A DNA stretch of 64,000 bases. Origin: Candidatus Cloacimonadota bacterium (GTDB lineage: Bacteria; Cloacimonadota; Cloacimonadia; Cloacimonadales; Cloacimonadaceae). This document shows, piece after piece, positions 49,181 through 58,036 of the stretch. The stretch's first letter is position 1, and the number at the start of each line of letters is the position of its first letter. A model generated the notes under the pieces. It was not told the origin of the DNA. It saw nothing but the letters and a program-made list of their open reading frames with translations, and made no database searches. Made by a program: the position numbers and the translations under genes. The stretch spans positions 774 to 64,773 of the forward strand of contig JAKPXC010000040.1 in assembly GCA_029567705.1 (NCBI GenBank), read 5' to 3'.

Positions 49181-49968
49181 AGAAAGCCAAGATTACTCTT
49201 CGAAACGCTATTCAGGCAGCTTTCTTTCTTTTATCTCTGGGTATTCTTTTCTTTGTTGTAACAACAGGCAAGAAAGCCATCCATAATGCCTGTCCCTATG
49301 CCGTGATCTGCTTTGGCATGAATATGAAGCAGCTTCTGGGTATCTCCGGGCAGCTCTTCCTGGCCGCTGTACTACTGGGTTTCCTGATTGCGATCTCGAC
49401 CATTTTTTGGGGTCGTAAGTTCTGCGGCTGGGTTTGCCCACTGGGTAGTATCCAAGAATTTCTCTTCTCCTTCAGATCCCGAAAGTACAAGCTGAAACAG
49501 CAGGTGCCTTTCTACCTGGAGAGAAAACTACAGCCTGGCAAGTATCTCATCCTGCTGATTACCTCTGTATTGGCCTTCATTGGTTTAGCCTATATCTATA
49601 TCCGTCTTTGTCCCTTCTATGCTTTATCCCAGCTTCCCCGTTTGGCCATACCCGGTTTGATTCTCACAGCCCTCATTCTTGGTGCAGCTTTCTTTATTGA
49701 CCGGTTGTGGTGCAGGTTTCTCTGCCCTTACGCAGCCTTTATGAATCTCTTTATGCTGCTGGGAAAAGCCTTTGGCATCAAACGGATGAAGGTCAGACGC
49801 AATCCCGAACGCTGCAACGACTGCGGAATCTGCAGCCTCTACTGCCCCATGAACATCAACCTCCTGGATACCGGACTGGTGGAAGATCCCAATTGCATCC
49901 ACTGCGGAATCTGCTCCCAAAAATGCCCCAAAGGAGCCTTGGAAAACAACTGCAAGGAAGAACTATGA
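49177..49968 (+). CDS. NapH/MauN-like integral-membrane 4Fe-4S protein
   Basis: Four TM helices. Two CX3CP motifs (FCGWVCPLG, WCRFLCPY). C-terminal CNDCGICSLYCP and CIHCGICSQKCP ferredoxin motifs. 4-nt overlap with the upstream gene. Confidence 0.75.
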   Translation: MKKAKITLRNAIQAAFFLLSLGILFFVVTTGKKAIHNACPYAVICFGMNMKQLLGISGQLFLAAVLLGFLIAISTIFWGRKFCGWVCPLGSIQEFLFSFRSRKYKLKQQVPFYLERKLQPGKYLILLITSVLAFIGLAYIYIRLCPFYALSQLPRLAIPGLILTALILGAAFFIDRLWCRFLCPYAAFMNLFMLLGKAFGIKRMKVRRNPERCNDCGICSLYCPMNINLLDTGLVEDPNCIHCGICSQKCPKGALENNCKEEL

Positions 49969-50516
49969 AACGCTTTCTCCAGATCCTATTGATCTTGACC
50001 CTCCTCAGCCTGGCTGCCGTTCAGATCATGATCCATACCGGTATACTGCTTCCCAAAGAGAAGGAACCCGTCTGCCCTGTGAACGCCATCCGGATGGTAA
50101 ACGGTAAAGCCGAGATAGACTCCTCACGTTGCATTGGCTGCCGGCGTTGCGTGGATGGAGTATTGATTCCAAAAGCACCAACCCAGAGAGTGGAAATACC
50201 CCTATCCGATAGCATAGATGCTCCTCAGTCGCTTCCGCCTGAACCGGCTCCGGTTAACGTCCCGAACCCTCAAAGAACTCAAACTGTCACTACCACTCAA
50301 GCCCAAACTCCACCAGCCACTCAAGCTTATCGGGTTGATCCGGACAAGTGTATTGCTTGCGAGCTTTGCGTTCCCAATTGCCCGGTGGGAGCCATCACCA
50401 TGCAGAATGGGAAAGCAGTTATCGATAAAGAGAAATGTATCTCCTGCGGTATCTGCGAGAATGGTAACGGCGATGACTTTCAAGGTTGTCCCACCGGAGC
50501 AATCAGCAAGCGTTAG
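49965..50516 (+). CDS. N-terminally anchored polyferredoxin (about three 4Fe-4S motifs) with a P/T/Q-rich linker
   Basis: Start moved to the ATG at 49965 (ATGA overlap). Hydrophobic N-terminus MKRFLQILLILTLLSLAAV. Cys motifs CP...CIGCRRC, CIACELCVPNCP and CISCGIC...CP. Linker PQSLPPEPAPVNVPNPQRTQTVTTTQAQTPPATQ. Confidence 0.7.
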   Translation: MKRFLQILLILTLLSLAAVQIMIHTGILLPKEKEPVCPVNAIRMVNGKAEIDSSRCIGCRRCVDGVLIPKAPTQRVEIPLSDSIDAPQSLPPEPAPVNVPNPQRTQTVTTTQAQTPPATQAYRVDPDKCIACELCVPNCPVGAITMQNGKAVIDKEKCISCGICENGNGDDFQGCPTGAISKR

Positions 50517-50522
50517 CTTTTT

Positions 50523-50969
50523 TTACAGTTCTGCCATCAGCTTTTCCCAATATCCCACTTCTGGAAGCAATCCCGCTTCCACAGCTCTTCTCACCGTGAT
50601 GCAGGGCAGTTCCTGCTCATAGATATCAGCCCTGTTCAGAGTTCTGAGATCTATTTCGGGTCTCTGTCTTGCCATTTGGTACATCAATCTGAGGTAAAGA
50701 TTTACCCAGGACACAGCCGGTTTACGCTCCATAAATTCCGAATTCTGATACGTCCAGAGATAGCGAATCAGATCATTTTTGTATGCTTCGCTGGGTTTGA
50801 TGCGATGCAGGTTGGCTGTGATAGATCCGGTCTGGTGATGATGTTCACTCAGTTTAGGATACTTTCTTCTTCTGGCATAAGCCTGACCACTGCGTTTATC
50901 CCAGCAATAGACCAGTTCCCCGACTGCGCCAGATAGGGCTGGCATCCCACATTGAAAACGTACTTTCAT
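50523..50969 (-). CDS. Hypothetical protein (148 aa)
   Basis: ORF track only; no motif I can name with confidence. Basic N-terminus, W/Y-rich. Confidence 0.5.
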   Translation of the reverse strand: MKVRFQCGMPALSGAVGELVYCWDKRSGQAYARRRKYPKLSEHHHQTGSITANLHRIKPSEAYKNDLIRYLWTYQNSEFMERKPAVSWVNLYLRLMYQMARQRPEIDLRTLNRADIYEQELPCITVRRAVEAGLLPEVGYWEKLMAEL

Positions 50970-51024
50970 GTTTTTCTCCTATAGTTTGCTCAGGTTCAGA
51001 AATAGAACCCTCTACCTTTTATAC

Positions 51025-51056
51025 GTGGACGTTTTCCCAAATGAGTGGACACTTTC
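51025..51056. promoter_or_regulatory. Direct repeat GTGGACgTTTTC / GTGGACaCTTTC, candidate operator
   Basis: Two 12-mers at 51025-51036 and 51045-51056 match at 10 of 12 positions. Their starts are 20 bp apart. They lie 56-87 bp upstream of the 148-aa gene. Confidence 0.3.
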
Positions 51057-51152
51057 GGTGATTATTTTCAATTTCTCTAAACTTCTTTTGGCATACGTGT
51101 GTAAGGTGTTGATAGACAATCGGTTTTACTCACTCACCACATAGGTATACGC

Positions 51153-51230
51153 TAACTTATTGCAGGATAAGCCTTTCCTTAACTGGGGTTTAGGATGGGT
51201 TTAGGATAGGTTAAGGATTCTTATCAGGAG
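51153..51230 (+). repeat. GGTTAAGGAT-unit intergenic element, copy 6 (3 units, degenerate)
   Basis: cTAACTTAttGCAGGATAAGccTTTCCTTAACtgggGTTTAGGATGGGTTTAGGATAGGTTAAGGAttcttATCAGGAGGG. Confidence 0.9.
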
Positions 51231-51372
51231 GGCATAATCATTCTTGACAAGTTCCTAAGTATGGATGTTACAGTTCAGCTATACCAAAGCGAAATAGATT
51301 CCATTGATAGATGAATCATTCTGTACAGATCAAAGCACTTAGGAATCTATCTAAAGCATAGAGGAGAGATAC

Positions 51373-53061
51373 ATGAGCTGGTTGCTGGGAAACTTCGGCA
51401 ACGAAAACATTAGAAGTTGTTGCCCAGAAAGTCCAGAGGTTGTAGTTGAGAAGCCGGGCTTTTGCTTATATGCGGGTGGAAATCCCAGAACCTTTACCAA
51501 ACATCAGCTTCCTAATGGAGATCAAGTGCTGGTTCTGGGTTATCCAGTTTACTTTGACGGGAACCAGTATGTCAATCTTACTCCCGATAAGCTTCTTGAT
51601 TTAATGAAGCTGACTGATCCCACGGAAAGCCTTGACGGACACTACCTGATCCTAAGAATTCGGGGCAGGGAGATAGATGTTTTCAATGACAAGCTGGGCA
51701 AACGCTCTCTTTATATCTACCAGCATGGTAACAGAACTTTGTTCACCACTCACATCGCCATCCTAAGAAAGGCAGTTAATCCTGAGCTGGATTTCCATAA
51801 GCTGGGACCACTGTGGCATACAAGATATCCGACTGGAAGCGGAAAGTACTGCCCCAGTCTGGATTCATACTATCGCCACACAACCATGTTGGGCACAGGC
51901 TCCAAGGCAACCCTGAAGAATGGAAAAGTCGAGATTGTCAACCATCCTTTCCATCCCGATTCGAACAAAGGAGACATCTTCCCAATGATAGAGTCTTTCT
52001 GTCTCAGCACTCCCAAAAGTCGGTTGCCAATAGCCATCAGCTTATCAGGTGGGATGGATATCCGGAGCTTGTTGGCAGTTTTCCTAAAGGCAAAAGTGAA
52101 CACATTCGCTGTTCATTACGGACGTGAAGACACCTCAGATTATCACATAGCAAGAAAGATTTCAGAAGATAATGGCATAGCATTTAGGCATATCGGTTTT
52201 AAGGAGGCGGAAGGCAATGATCCTTGGCAACAAGTGATCGATTACATGCAGACTCTGGGCTTGGTGGCAAATCCAGTCGAAGCACCATATATAGGTTTCT
52301 ACAAGGAAATTGCGCGTGAATCTGATCTGATAGTAAGTGGTTACTTCGGGAGTTTATATCGAATTCGCATTTATGTAACACACCTCCTTAACTGGCTGAA
52401 TCACAAACAACTTAAGACAGCAGATTTGCATGCTTTACTTCGCTTGGAACCACCTCCGATCTTTCAGCCTGATTGTATCAAAGAATTGAATCAAGGCTAT
52501 AGGGAGTGTATTGAATCAGTCTATGAATTGCTTAATAACCACAGAGATTTGAATAATCTACTACTACTGGATCTTCTGTTGGCAGGACATAGCCCTGCCT
52601 CCATGATACAGAACACCCTGACCTTCCTGGATCAGCATATTGTTGATCACATGCCTTGGCTTCAGAGCAGGATTCTCTCGCAACATTGGCATTATGGCTT
52701 GGCGTATCAGTTTATGGAAGGCATTCATCGAGACCTAATCAAGCGGAACTGGCCATCATTGGCTAAATACCCGATTGCCTTGTATGACATCCAAGCACCC
52801 TACAACTATCAGGCCTATATGGTAAAAGTGAAATCTTGGTACATACATCGTTTTAAACCGGTGCAGACGGAAGATCGGGTTATCCGGCTTCTGACAATAA
52901 ACCGTGAAAGCATCCTGGATCTGTTTAATAGCAAAAGAGTAAGGGATTATGCTCCATACAGGCTAGGATATATAGAGAAATCCATTGAGGAGTTTTACAA
53001 GGGAGAACGGAGAAAAGCACCGGTTCTGATGAGCTGGCTCTCGGTGGAATTGGGGAGATAG
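51373..53061 (+). CDS. Asparagine synthetase B-like ATP-pyrophosphatase lacking the N-terminal catalytic Cys
   Basis: PP-loop IAISLSGGMDIRSLLA. AsnB-like HYLILRIRGREIDVFNDKLGKRSLYIY. The N-terminus is MSWLLG rather than MCG. Confidence 0.7.
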   Translation: MSWLLGNFGNENIRSCCPESPEVVVEKPGFCLYAGGNPRTFTKHQLPNGDQVLVLGYPVYFDGNQYVNLTPDKLLDLMKLTDPTESLDGHYLILRIRGREIDVFNDKLGKRSLYIYQHGNRTLFTTHIAILRKAVNPELDFHKLGPLWHTRYPTGSGKYCPSLDSYYRHTTMLGTGSKATLKNGKVEIVNHPFHPDSNKGDIFPMIESFCLSTPKSRLPIAISLSGGMDIRSLLAVFLKAKVNTFAVHYGREDTSDYHIARKISEDNGIAFRHIGFKEAEGNDPWQQVIDYMQTLGLVANPVEAPYIGFYKEIARESDLIVSGYFGSLYRIRIYVTHLLNWLNHKQLKTADLHALLRLEPPPIFQPDCIKELNQGYRECIESVYELLNNHRDLNNLLLLDLLLAGHSPASMIQNTLTFLDQHIVDHMPWLQSRILSQHWHYGLAYQFMEGIHRDLIKRNWPSLAKYPIALYDIQAPYNYQAYMVKVKSWYIHRFKPVQTEDRVIRLLTINRESILDLFNSKRVRDYAPYRLGYIEKSIEEFYKGERRKAPVLMSWLSVELGR

Positions 53062-53223
53062 GCCTTCTGGGACTAGAATAGTACATGCTATAGAGCACTT
53101 GGCAAGATGAACGTCTTTATCACCAAGTATCGATGTGCAAAGACAATCAACATAGAATCAGTACTGGTGGCAATGTACACAAATGGTGCTGGAACTGGGG
53201 TTAGAACTCTTCCAAACTGATCT

Positions 53224-55143
53224 CTATGCCAAGACTGGGTGTACAAACTCAATCACCAGTAGAGTGATATCGTCATATTGCTGATCTGGATTTGAAAACT
53301 TCTGTGCTGCAGTAAGGATGGCATGAGCTGTGGTTTCCGGATTGGGATTCTGCAAACCTTTTACTATCTCTTCCAACCTTTCTATGCCAAAGAAGCTTTC
53401 ACTGCTACTCATCGCTTCCGTGATTCCATCCGTGAAGAGGATGATCTCATCGCCCAAATCCAGATCAAACTCAGCATTCTCAATCTTGAGATTGGGGATA
53501 AAGCCCAGAGATGTCGCTTGAGTCTCGCCGATTTTTGTGTAGCTGCAGTCTTTTTTCCGGACAAACCATGGTACGTGACCGGCATTGGTATAAAGCAATT
53601 TGCTAGAGTGTAAATCAAGATATCCAATAATCATGGTAACAAAGTTTTCAGCGATGTTATTGGTACAGAGATATGCATTCAAGTCCAGCATCAGACTGGC
53701 GGGATCTTTATGGTATGCTGCCTTGGCTCGTATAAACGTACTTACCATGGTCATAGTCATGGAAGCAACAATGCCTTTGCCGGTGACGTCTGCGATCACA
53801 AAGCAGAAGCACCGCTCATTAATGAGGAAATAATCGTAGAGATCACCGCCAATATCACCGGCAGGATTGAGAATACCAAAGGCTTTTATGGAGTTGTTAA
53901 ACAGCCCTTTCTCGCTATTGGGCGGGATCAGATTCCTCTGTATGGTGGAGGCAGAGCCTACTTCTGTCTGGATCCTGTCCTTCACCGCTTTCGTTTCTGA
54001 GAGATTCTTGATGTATTCCCTCAAGGATTCTTTCATGGAGTTGAAGGAATGAGATAGATACATAATCTCAGAATAATCATGGACTTCCGGTGCCTGTACA
54101 TCAAAGTTGCCAGCTCCAAGTTCTTCTGCAGCCAGTACCAATTCCTTCAAAGGCTTGTTAATCCTCTTGATTCGAAAATAAACGATAATCGCCAGGCAGA
54201 TAAAGGCAATAATCGAAGCCAGAGCTTGAATCATAGTGATGCGGTTCAGAGTGATGAATATCTCTTTCTCTGGTAATAGCACTCCAATAGCCCAGTCGTT
54301 TGAACGCAAGGGAGCAAATGCCAGCCAGTAGTTCTTAAGTGGGCCATTTTCCTTAAGCTTGGCAATACCTCTCTCTCCCCTCAACATGCGCTTCCCGGTC
54401 TCTCTGAGAACTGAGTCGTCGTATTCTTCGGCCAAAGCAAATATGCTATAATTCATGGACAATGAATCGTCCGTATGCACTACAAAAGAGCCTGTTTTGG
54501 AAATCATAAAGAGACGTGCATCGTTCTTTAAGTTATCGACTTGTATCAGATCTTTCAGGCGATCGATGGTAACATCCAGCCGAAGAACACCTACAGACTT
54601 GCCATTGTTCTGCAAGGATACAGCGTGAGAAGTAACAATCTTTTGGGTACCTGTTCTTGTGAACCAGGGCTCTGTCCAAACTGGGGTTCCTGTTCTGGTT
54701 GCCTGGTTGTACCAATCTGTGTAGGGGTAAATCTCAGGATTGAGCTGAGAGCTTTGAAGGATTCCATTATCAATGGTATAAACCTGAGCTGCAGGATACT
54801 GGTTAAGGTGGGGATCGTATGCAATGGCGATGGAGCTAATCTCCGGGCCTGTAATAAGAAGAGATCTGATGATTTCCAATCTCTGATCGCTGCTGCCAAT
54901 CTCTTTCTCTATCAAGAACTTGATGTTCCGGGCTATACTTTCAACCCTGGAAAGCTTAGCTTCGGTTCGGACAATGTTCTCGTTTGTGATGGAATCTACC
55001 AACAGACTGGCATTATCTACCATCACATTGGTCATTAGCAGACGTGTTACGATTATCAGCGCAATGCTGGTGATGAGGATGAAGATGTTTACGTATAAGA
55101 CAATCTGCCTGGACAGGCTGGGGGGCTGCTTACTTCTTGACAT
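53224..55143 (-). CDS. Membrane sensor PP2C/SpoIIE phosphatase (Cache-like periplasmic domain - HAMP - PP2C)
   Basis: Start moved to Met36 (MSRSKQ), giving a 14-nt overlap with the upstream gene. Two TM segments flank a ~270-aa extracytoplasmic domain. HAMP region KPLKELVLAAEELGAGNFD. SpoIIE motifs GDLYDY, ADVTGKG and LFTDGITEA. Confidence 0.75.
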   Translation of the reverse strand: MSRSKQPPSLSRQIVLYVNIFILITSIALIIVTRLLMTNVMVDNASLLVDSITNENIVRTEAKLSRVESIARNIKFLIEKEIGSSDQRLEIIRSLLITGPEISSIAIAYDPHLNQYPAAQVYTIDNGILQSSQLNPEIYPYTDWYNQATRTGTPVWTEPWFTRTGTQKIVTSHAVSLQNNGKSVGVLRLDVTIDRLKDLIQVDNLKNDARLFMISKTGSFVVHTDDSLSMNYSIFALAEEYDDSVLRETGKRMLRGERGIAKLKENGPLKNYWLAFAPLRSNDWAIGVLLPEKEIFITLNRITMIQALASIIAFICLAIIVYFRIKRINKPLKELVLAAEELGAGNFDVQAPEVHDYSEIMYLSHSFNSMKESLREYIKNLSETKAVKDRIQTEVGSASTIQRNLIPPNSEKGLFNNSIKAFGILNPAGDIGGDLYDYFLINERCFCFVIADVTGKGIVASMTMTMVSTFIRAKAAYHKDPASLMLDLNAYLCTNNIAENFVTMIIGYLDLHSSKLLYTNAGHVPWFVRKKDCSYTKIGETQATSLGFIPNLKIENAEFDLDLGDEIILFTDGITEAMSSSESFFGIERLEEIVKGLQNPNPETTAHAILTAAQKFSNPDQQYDDITLLVIEFVHPVLA

Positions 55144-56194
55144 ATGGATAGAACCTTTCATAGCTAATTGTTGAAGGACTATATCCGCCCTCAGAAAGGA
55201 GGCTCTTGGTTTCGTCAAAGCTGTTCTTCTCCAAGCTTCCAAAGACACCCGGTCTTGCCAGGATCACTTCTTTCATTTCCTTTAGCATCCATTTTTGATG
55301 AGGTCTATTTGCAGATAGACCGTTCTTTCTCATCACTTCCAATACTATGTCCAGAGCTTCTTCTTCGTTGTTTATTGCATATAACCAGCCTTCCATTAAT
55401 GCATCTGCAACATCCCTGCAGAGATCAGGATTGGCCAGATAATACTGCTCCGTGGTGTACAATCCATCCTCAGGGATGTTTAAACCAAGCTCACTAAATG
55501 GAAAAAGCAACAGGTCTTCCTCATCCATACCAGCCTGATAGAGCTGATGCAGCTCGTTGTAACGCATTACATTCATGGCTTCCACAAGTCCCGAGATAAG
55601 CAGATTCACGCTGGAATCTATATTTATGATATCCATCTCAAGATGGTATTTCCGATTGAAGATAAGGGACGGTTCCTGGTAATCTCCTTTCCAAAGGCCG
55701 ATCCTTTTGTACTTTAGATCTACCAGTTTGTTAATTCCAAAATCCTTTCGAGCAGCAATAATCAGGGAAGACTTCTGAGATATCTGAGCAAGGTTCACCA
55801 ATTGAGGCTGAGTAGCGGGACTTTTGAGCACCGTGAGTAGGTGTAGAATAGCAAAATCTGCCTCTCCATTGTTCAGAGCCGGCATAGCAAGTAGCTCTGT
55901 TCCACCGGGAAGAATCTCGGCATCAATTTCTCTACGTGCAAAGAAGCCTTTCTCTTTTGCTACATACAGCCCGGCAAACTGAGCTTGATCTTCCCATTTT
56001 GGTACAATTCGTACTACCGACAGTGAGCTGTTGTGTGGCTTGGAAGCCTCATCATTCCTTGTTGCCTGATTATCCCGCTTGCACGCTGAGAAGATCATAA
56101 AGACAGAACATAGTAATGCTACACCAATCCTGGCAAGACTGCTCCCACTCTGCCACAATGTTCTAAATCCATTAACAACAATCATGTATTCCAC
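55130..56194 (-). CDS. NMT1/THI5 (SsuA/TauA)-like periplasmic substrate-binding lipoprotein
   Basis: Lipobox MIFSAC. WEDQAQFAGLYVAKEKGFFARREIDAEILPGG is typical of this SBP fold. No ABC permease or ATPase gene is adjacent. Confidence 0.65.
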   Translation of the reverse strand: MEYMIVVNGFRTLWQSGSSLARIGVALLCSVFMIFSACKRDNQATRNDEASKPHNSSLSVVRIVPKWEDQAQFAGLYVAKEKGFFARREIDAEILPGGTELLAMPALNNGEADFAILHLLTVLKSPATQPQLVNLAQISQKSSLIIAARKDFGINKLVDLKYKRIGLWKGDYQEPSLIFNRKYHLEMDIINIDSSVNLLISGLVEAMNVMRYNELHQLYQAGMDEEDLLLFPFSELGLNIPEDGLYTTEQYYLANPDLCRDVADALMEGWLYAINNEEEALDIVLEVMRKNGLSANRPHQKWMLKEMKEVILARPGVFGSLEKNSFDETKSLLSEGGYSPSTISYERFYPYVKK

Positions 56195-56241
56195 TATCTC
56201 GCTATTCTCTAATTGGGAAATAACATCCCGTTCTTACGAAA

Positions 56242-56280
56242 CTAGCCTGAGAACAAAGTGCAAGCTTTATCTCAGGCTAG
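56242..56280 (-). terminator. Strong hairpin downstream of pyrG, possible terminator
   Basis: CTAGCCTGAGA pairs perfectly (11 bp) with TCTCAGGCTAG across a 17-nt loop. On the minus strand only TTTCG follows. Confidence 0.4.
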
Positions 56281-56398
56281 AAAACTACTTTACTCCTTTT
56301 ATTGTGGAACTGAATCCACAAGACTCCAAAACATATTCACCATGAACACGTTAAGTTACTAGAGTTCAGCTGATATTGATATGTTTGCTCTGTAGCTT

Positions 56399-57988
56399 CT
56401 ATTTCATGGCAGAGGCAATGAAATCTCTGAAGATGGGATGAGGACGGTTGGGACGGCTCTTAAACTCCGGATGGAACTGAACGCCTGTGTAAAACTTCAG
56501 AGCAGGAATCTCTACTATTTCTACCAACAAGCCATCCGGAGAAGTTCCTGAAATCTTCAGGCCATTTTCTTCCAGAATGCTGCGATAGCTGTTGTTGTAT
56601 TCATAACGATGCCGATGACGTTCGCTGATCTTCTCTGCCTGATACGTTCTGCTAACCAAGCTTCCTTCTGTAAGGAGGCACTCATAAGCGCCAAGTCTCA
56701 TGGTACCACCTACCATGTCTATGTACTGCTGGTCTTCCATAAGGTGTATTACTTGATGCTCTGTTACATCATCAAACTCTGAGCTATGAGCATCTTTCAT
56801 ATTACAGACATTGCGGGCAAACTCAATAACCGCTACATGCATACCCAGGCAGATACCAAAGAATGGGATGTTATGAGTTCTGGCATATTCGGCAATGGCT
56901 ATCTTTCCTTCAATTCCTCTTACACCAAATCCCCCGGGAATCAGGATTCCATCCACATTGGCCAGTTCTTTATCCAGATCTGCCGACTTGAAGACTCTCT
57001 CAGAATCCACCCACTTCATAACTAGCTTGCGTTTATGCCAGGTTGCAGCATGCAGCAAGGCTTCTTCCACGCTTTTATAAGCATCCTGATGCTTCACATA
57101 CTTCCCGCACACGGCAATAGTAACTGGTTCCTGAGCCTCTGTGCTGTTCTTCAGATACTGCTGCCATTCAGCTAGGTCATCCTCTTTACATTCCAAACCA
57201 AAGTGCTTACAGATAATGCTGTGCAAGCCTGCTTTCTTGTACACAAGAGGCACTTCATAGACGCACTTAACATCTATGGCGTTTATCACATGAGAGGTCT
57301 GAACGTTTGTAAAGAGCGCTATCTTGCCAAAGATATCATCTTCGAAGCTCTTCTCCGAACGACAGAGCAGGACATCCGGCTGAATACCTATCTCACGCAG
57401 TTTATAGGCGCTGTGCTGAGTAGGTTTGGTCTTAAGCTCTCCGGCACTTCGTATATATGGCACATAGGTAAGAAGAATAAACATTGTGTTCTCAATACCC
57501 AGATCAAGCCTGAGCTGACGGATAGCCTCCAGAAAAGGAAGGCTCTCAATATCGCCAACCGTTCCGCCAATCTCTGTGATAACCACATCATACTTATCAC
57601 TCAAACGCTGGATACGGGCTTTGATCTCGTTCGTAACATGCGGAATAACCTGTACCGTCTTTCCCAGATAGACTCCCTTCCTTTCATTATGAAGAACAGT
57701 CTCATAAACTTGCCCGGCACTGCAGCTTGAGAAACGGCTTAGGGACTCATCCACGAAACGTTCATAGTGCCCCAAATCCAGATCTGTCTCTGCTCCATCA
57801 TCAGTGACGAATACCTCGCCATGCTGAAACGGACTCATGGTACCTGGATCTACGTTTAAATAAGGATCAAACTTTTGCAGACCCACTTTGTAGCCCATAG
57901 ACTTGAGCAACAGCCCTATCGAAGCTGTGGCAATACCCTTACCCAGTGAAGATAAAACACCACCCATCACGAATATATACTTGGCCAT
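56399..57988 (-). CDS. pyrG: CTP synthase
   Basis: MAKYIFVMGGVLSSLGKGIATASIGLLLK. GATase region GICLGMH...HRHRYE. Confidence 0.93.
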   Translation of the reverse strand: MAKYIFVMGGVLSSLGKGIATASIGLLLKSMGYKVGLQKFDPYLNVDPGTMSPFQHGEVFVTDDGAETDLDLGHYERFVDESLSRFSSCSAGQVYETVLHNERKGVYLGKTVQVIPHVTNEIKARIQRLSDKYDVVITEIGGTVGDIESLPFLEAIRQLRLDLGIENTMFILLTYVPYIRSAGELKTKPTQHSAYKLREIGIQPDVLLCRSEKSFEDDIFGKIALFTNVQTSHVINAIDVKCVYEVPLVYKKAGLHSIICKHFGLECKEDDLAEWQQYLKNSTEAQEPVTIAVCGKYVKHQDAYKSVEEALLHAATWHKRKLVMKWVDSERVFKSADLDKELANVDGILIPGGFGVRGIEGKIAIAEYARTHNIPFFGICLGMHVAVIEFARNVCNMKDAHSSEFDDVTEHQVIHLMEDQQYIDMVGGTMRLGAYECLLTEGSLVSRTYQAEKISERHRHRYEYNNSYRSILEENGLKISGTSPDGLLVEIVEIPALKFYTGVQFHPEFKSRPNRPHPIFRDFIASAMK

Positions 57989-58001
57989 CTTTATTTCTCC
58001 A

Positions 58002-58029
58002 TAAAAAAAGGCGGGACGACTGTCCCGCC
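58002..58029 (-). terminator. Rho-independent terminator of the thiolase/aminotransferase operon
   Basis: Minus strand: GGCGGGAC-agtc-GTCCCGCC followed by TTTTTTT. Confidence 0.8.
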
Positions 58030-58036
58030 ATAGGGT

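Noticed and set aside
49707-49964. Upstream extensions of the polyferredoxin ORF (49707-49964) and of the OFOR beta ORF (48227-48340).
   Set aside because: They overlap the preceding well-supported genes out of frame. Internal ATGs at 49965 and 48341 give coupled starts and sensible N-termini.
53107-53220. 37-aa ORF (MNVFITKYRCAKTINIESVLVAMYTNGAGTGVRTLPN) just downstream of the AsnB-like gene, considered as a lasso-peptide precursor.
   Set aside because: It has no SD. The putative core after T-N-G has no Asp/Glu at positions 7-9 for macrolactam formation. No B-type protease gene is nearby.
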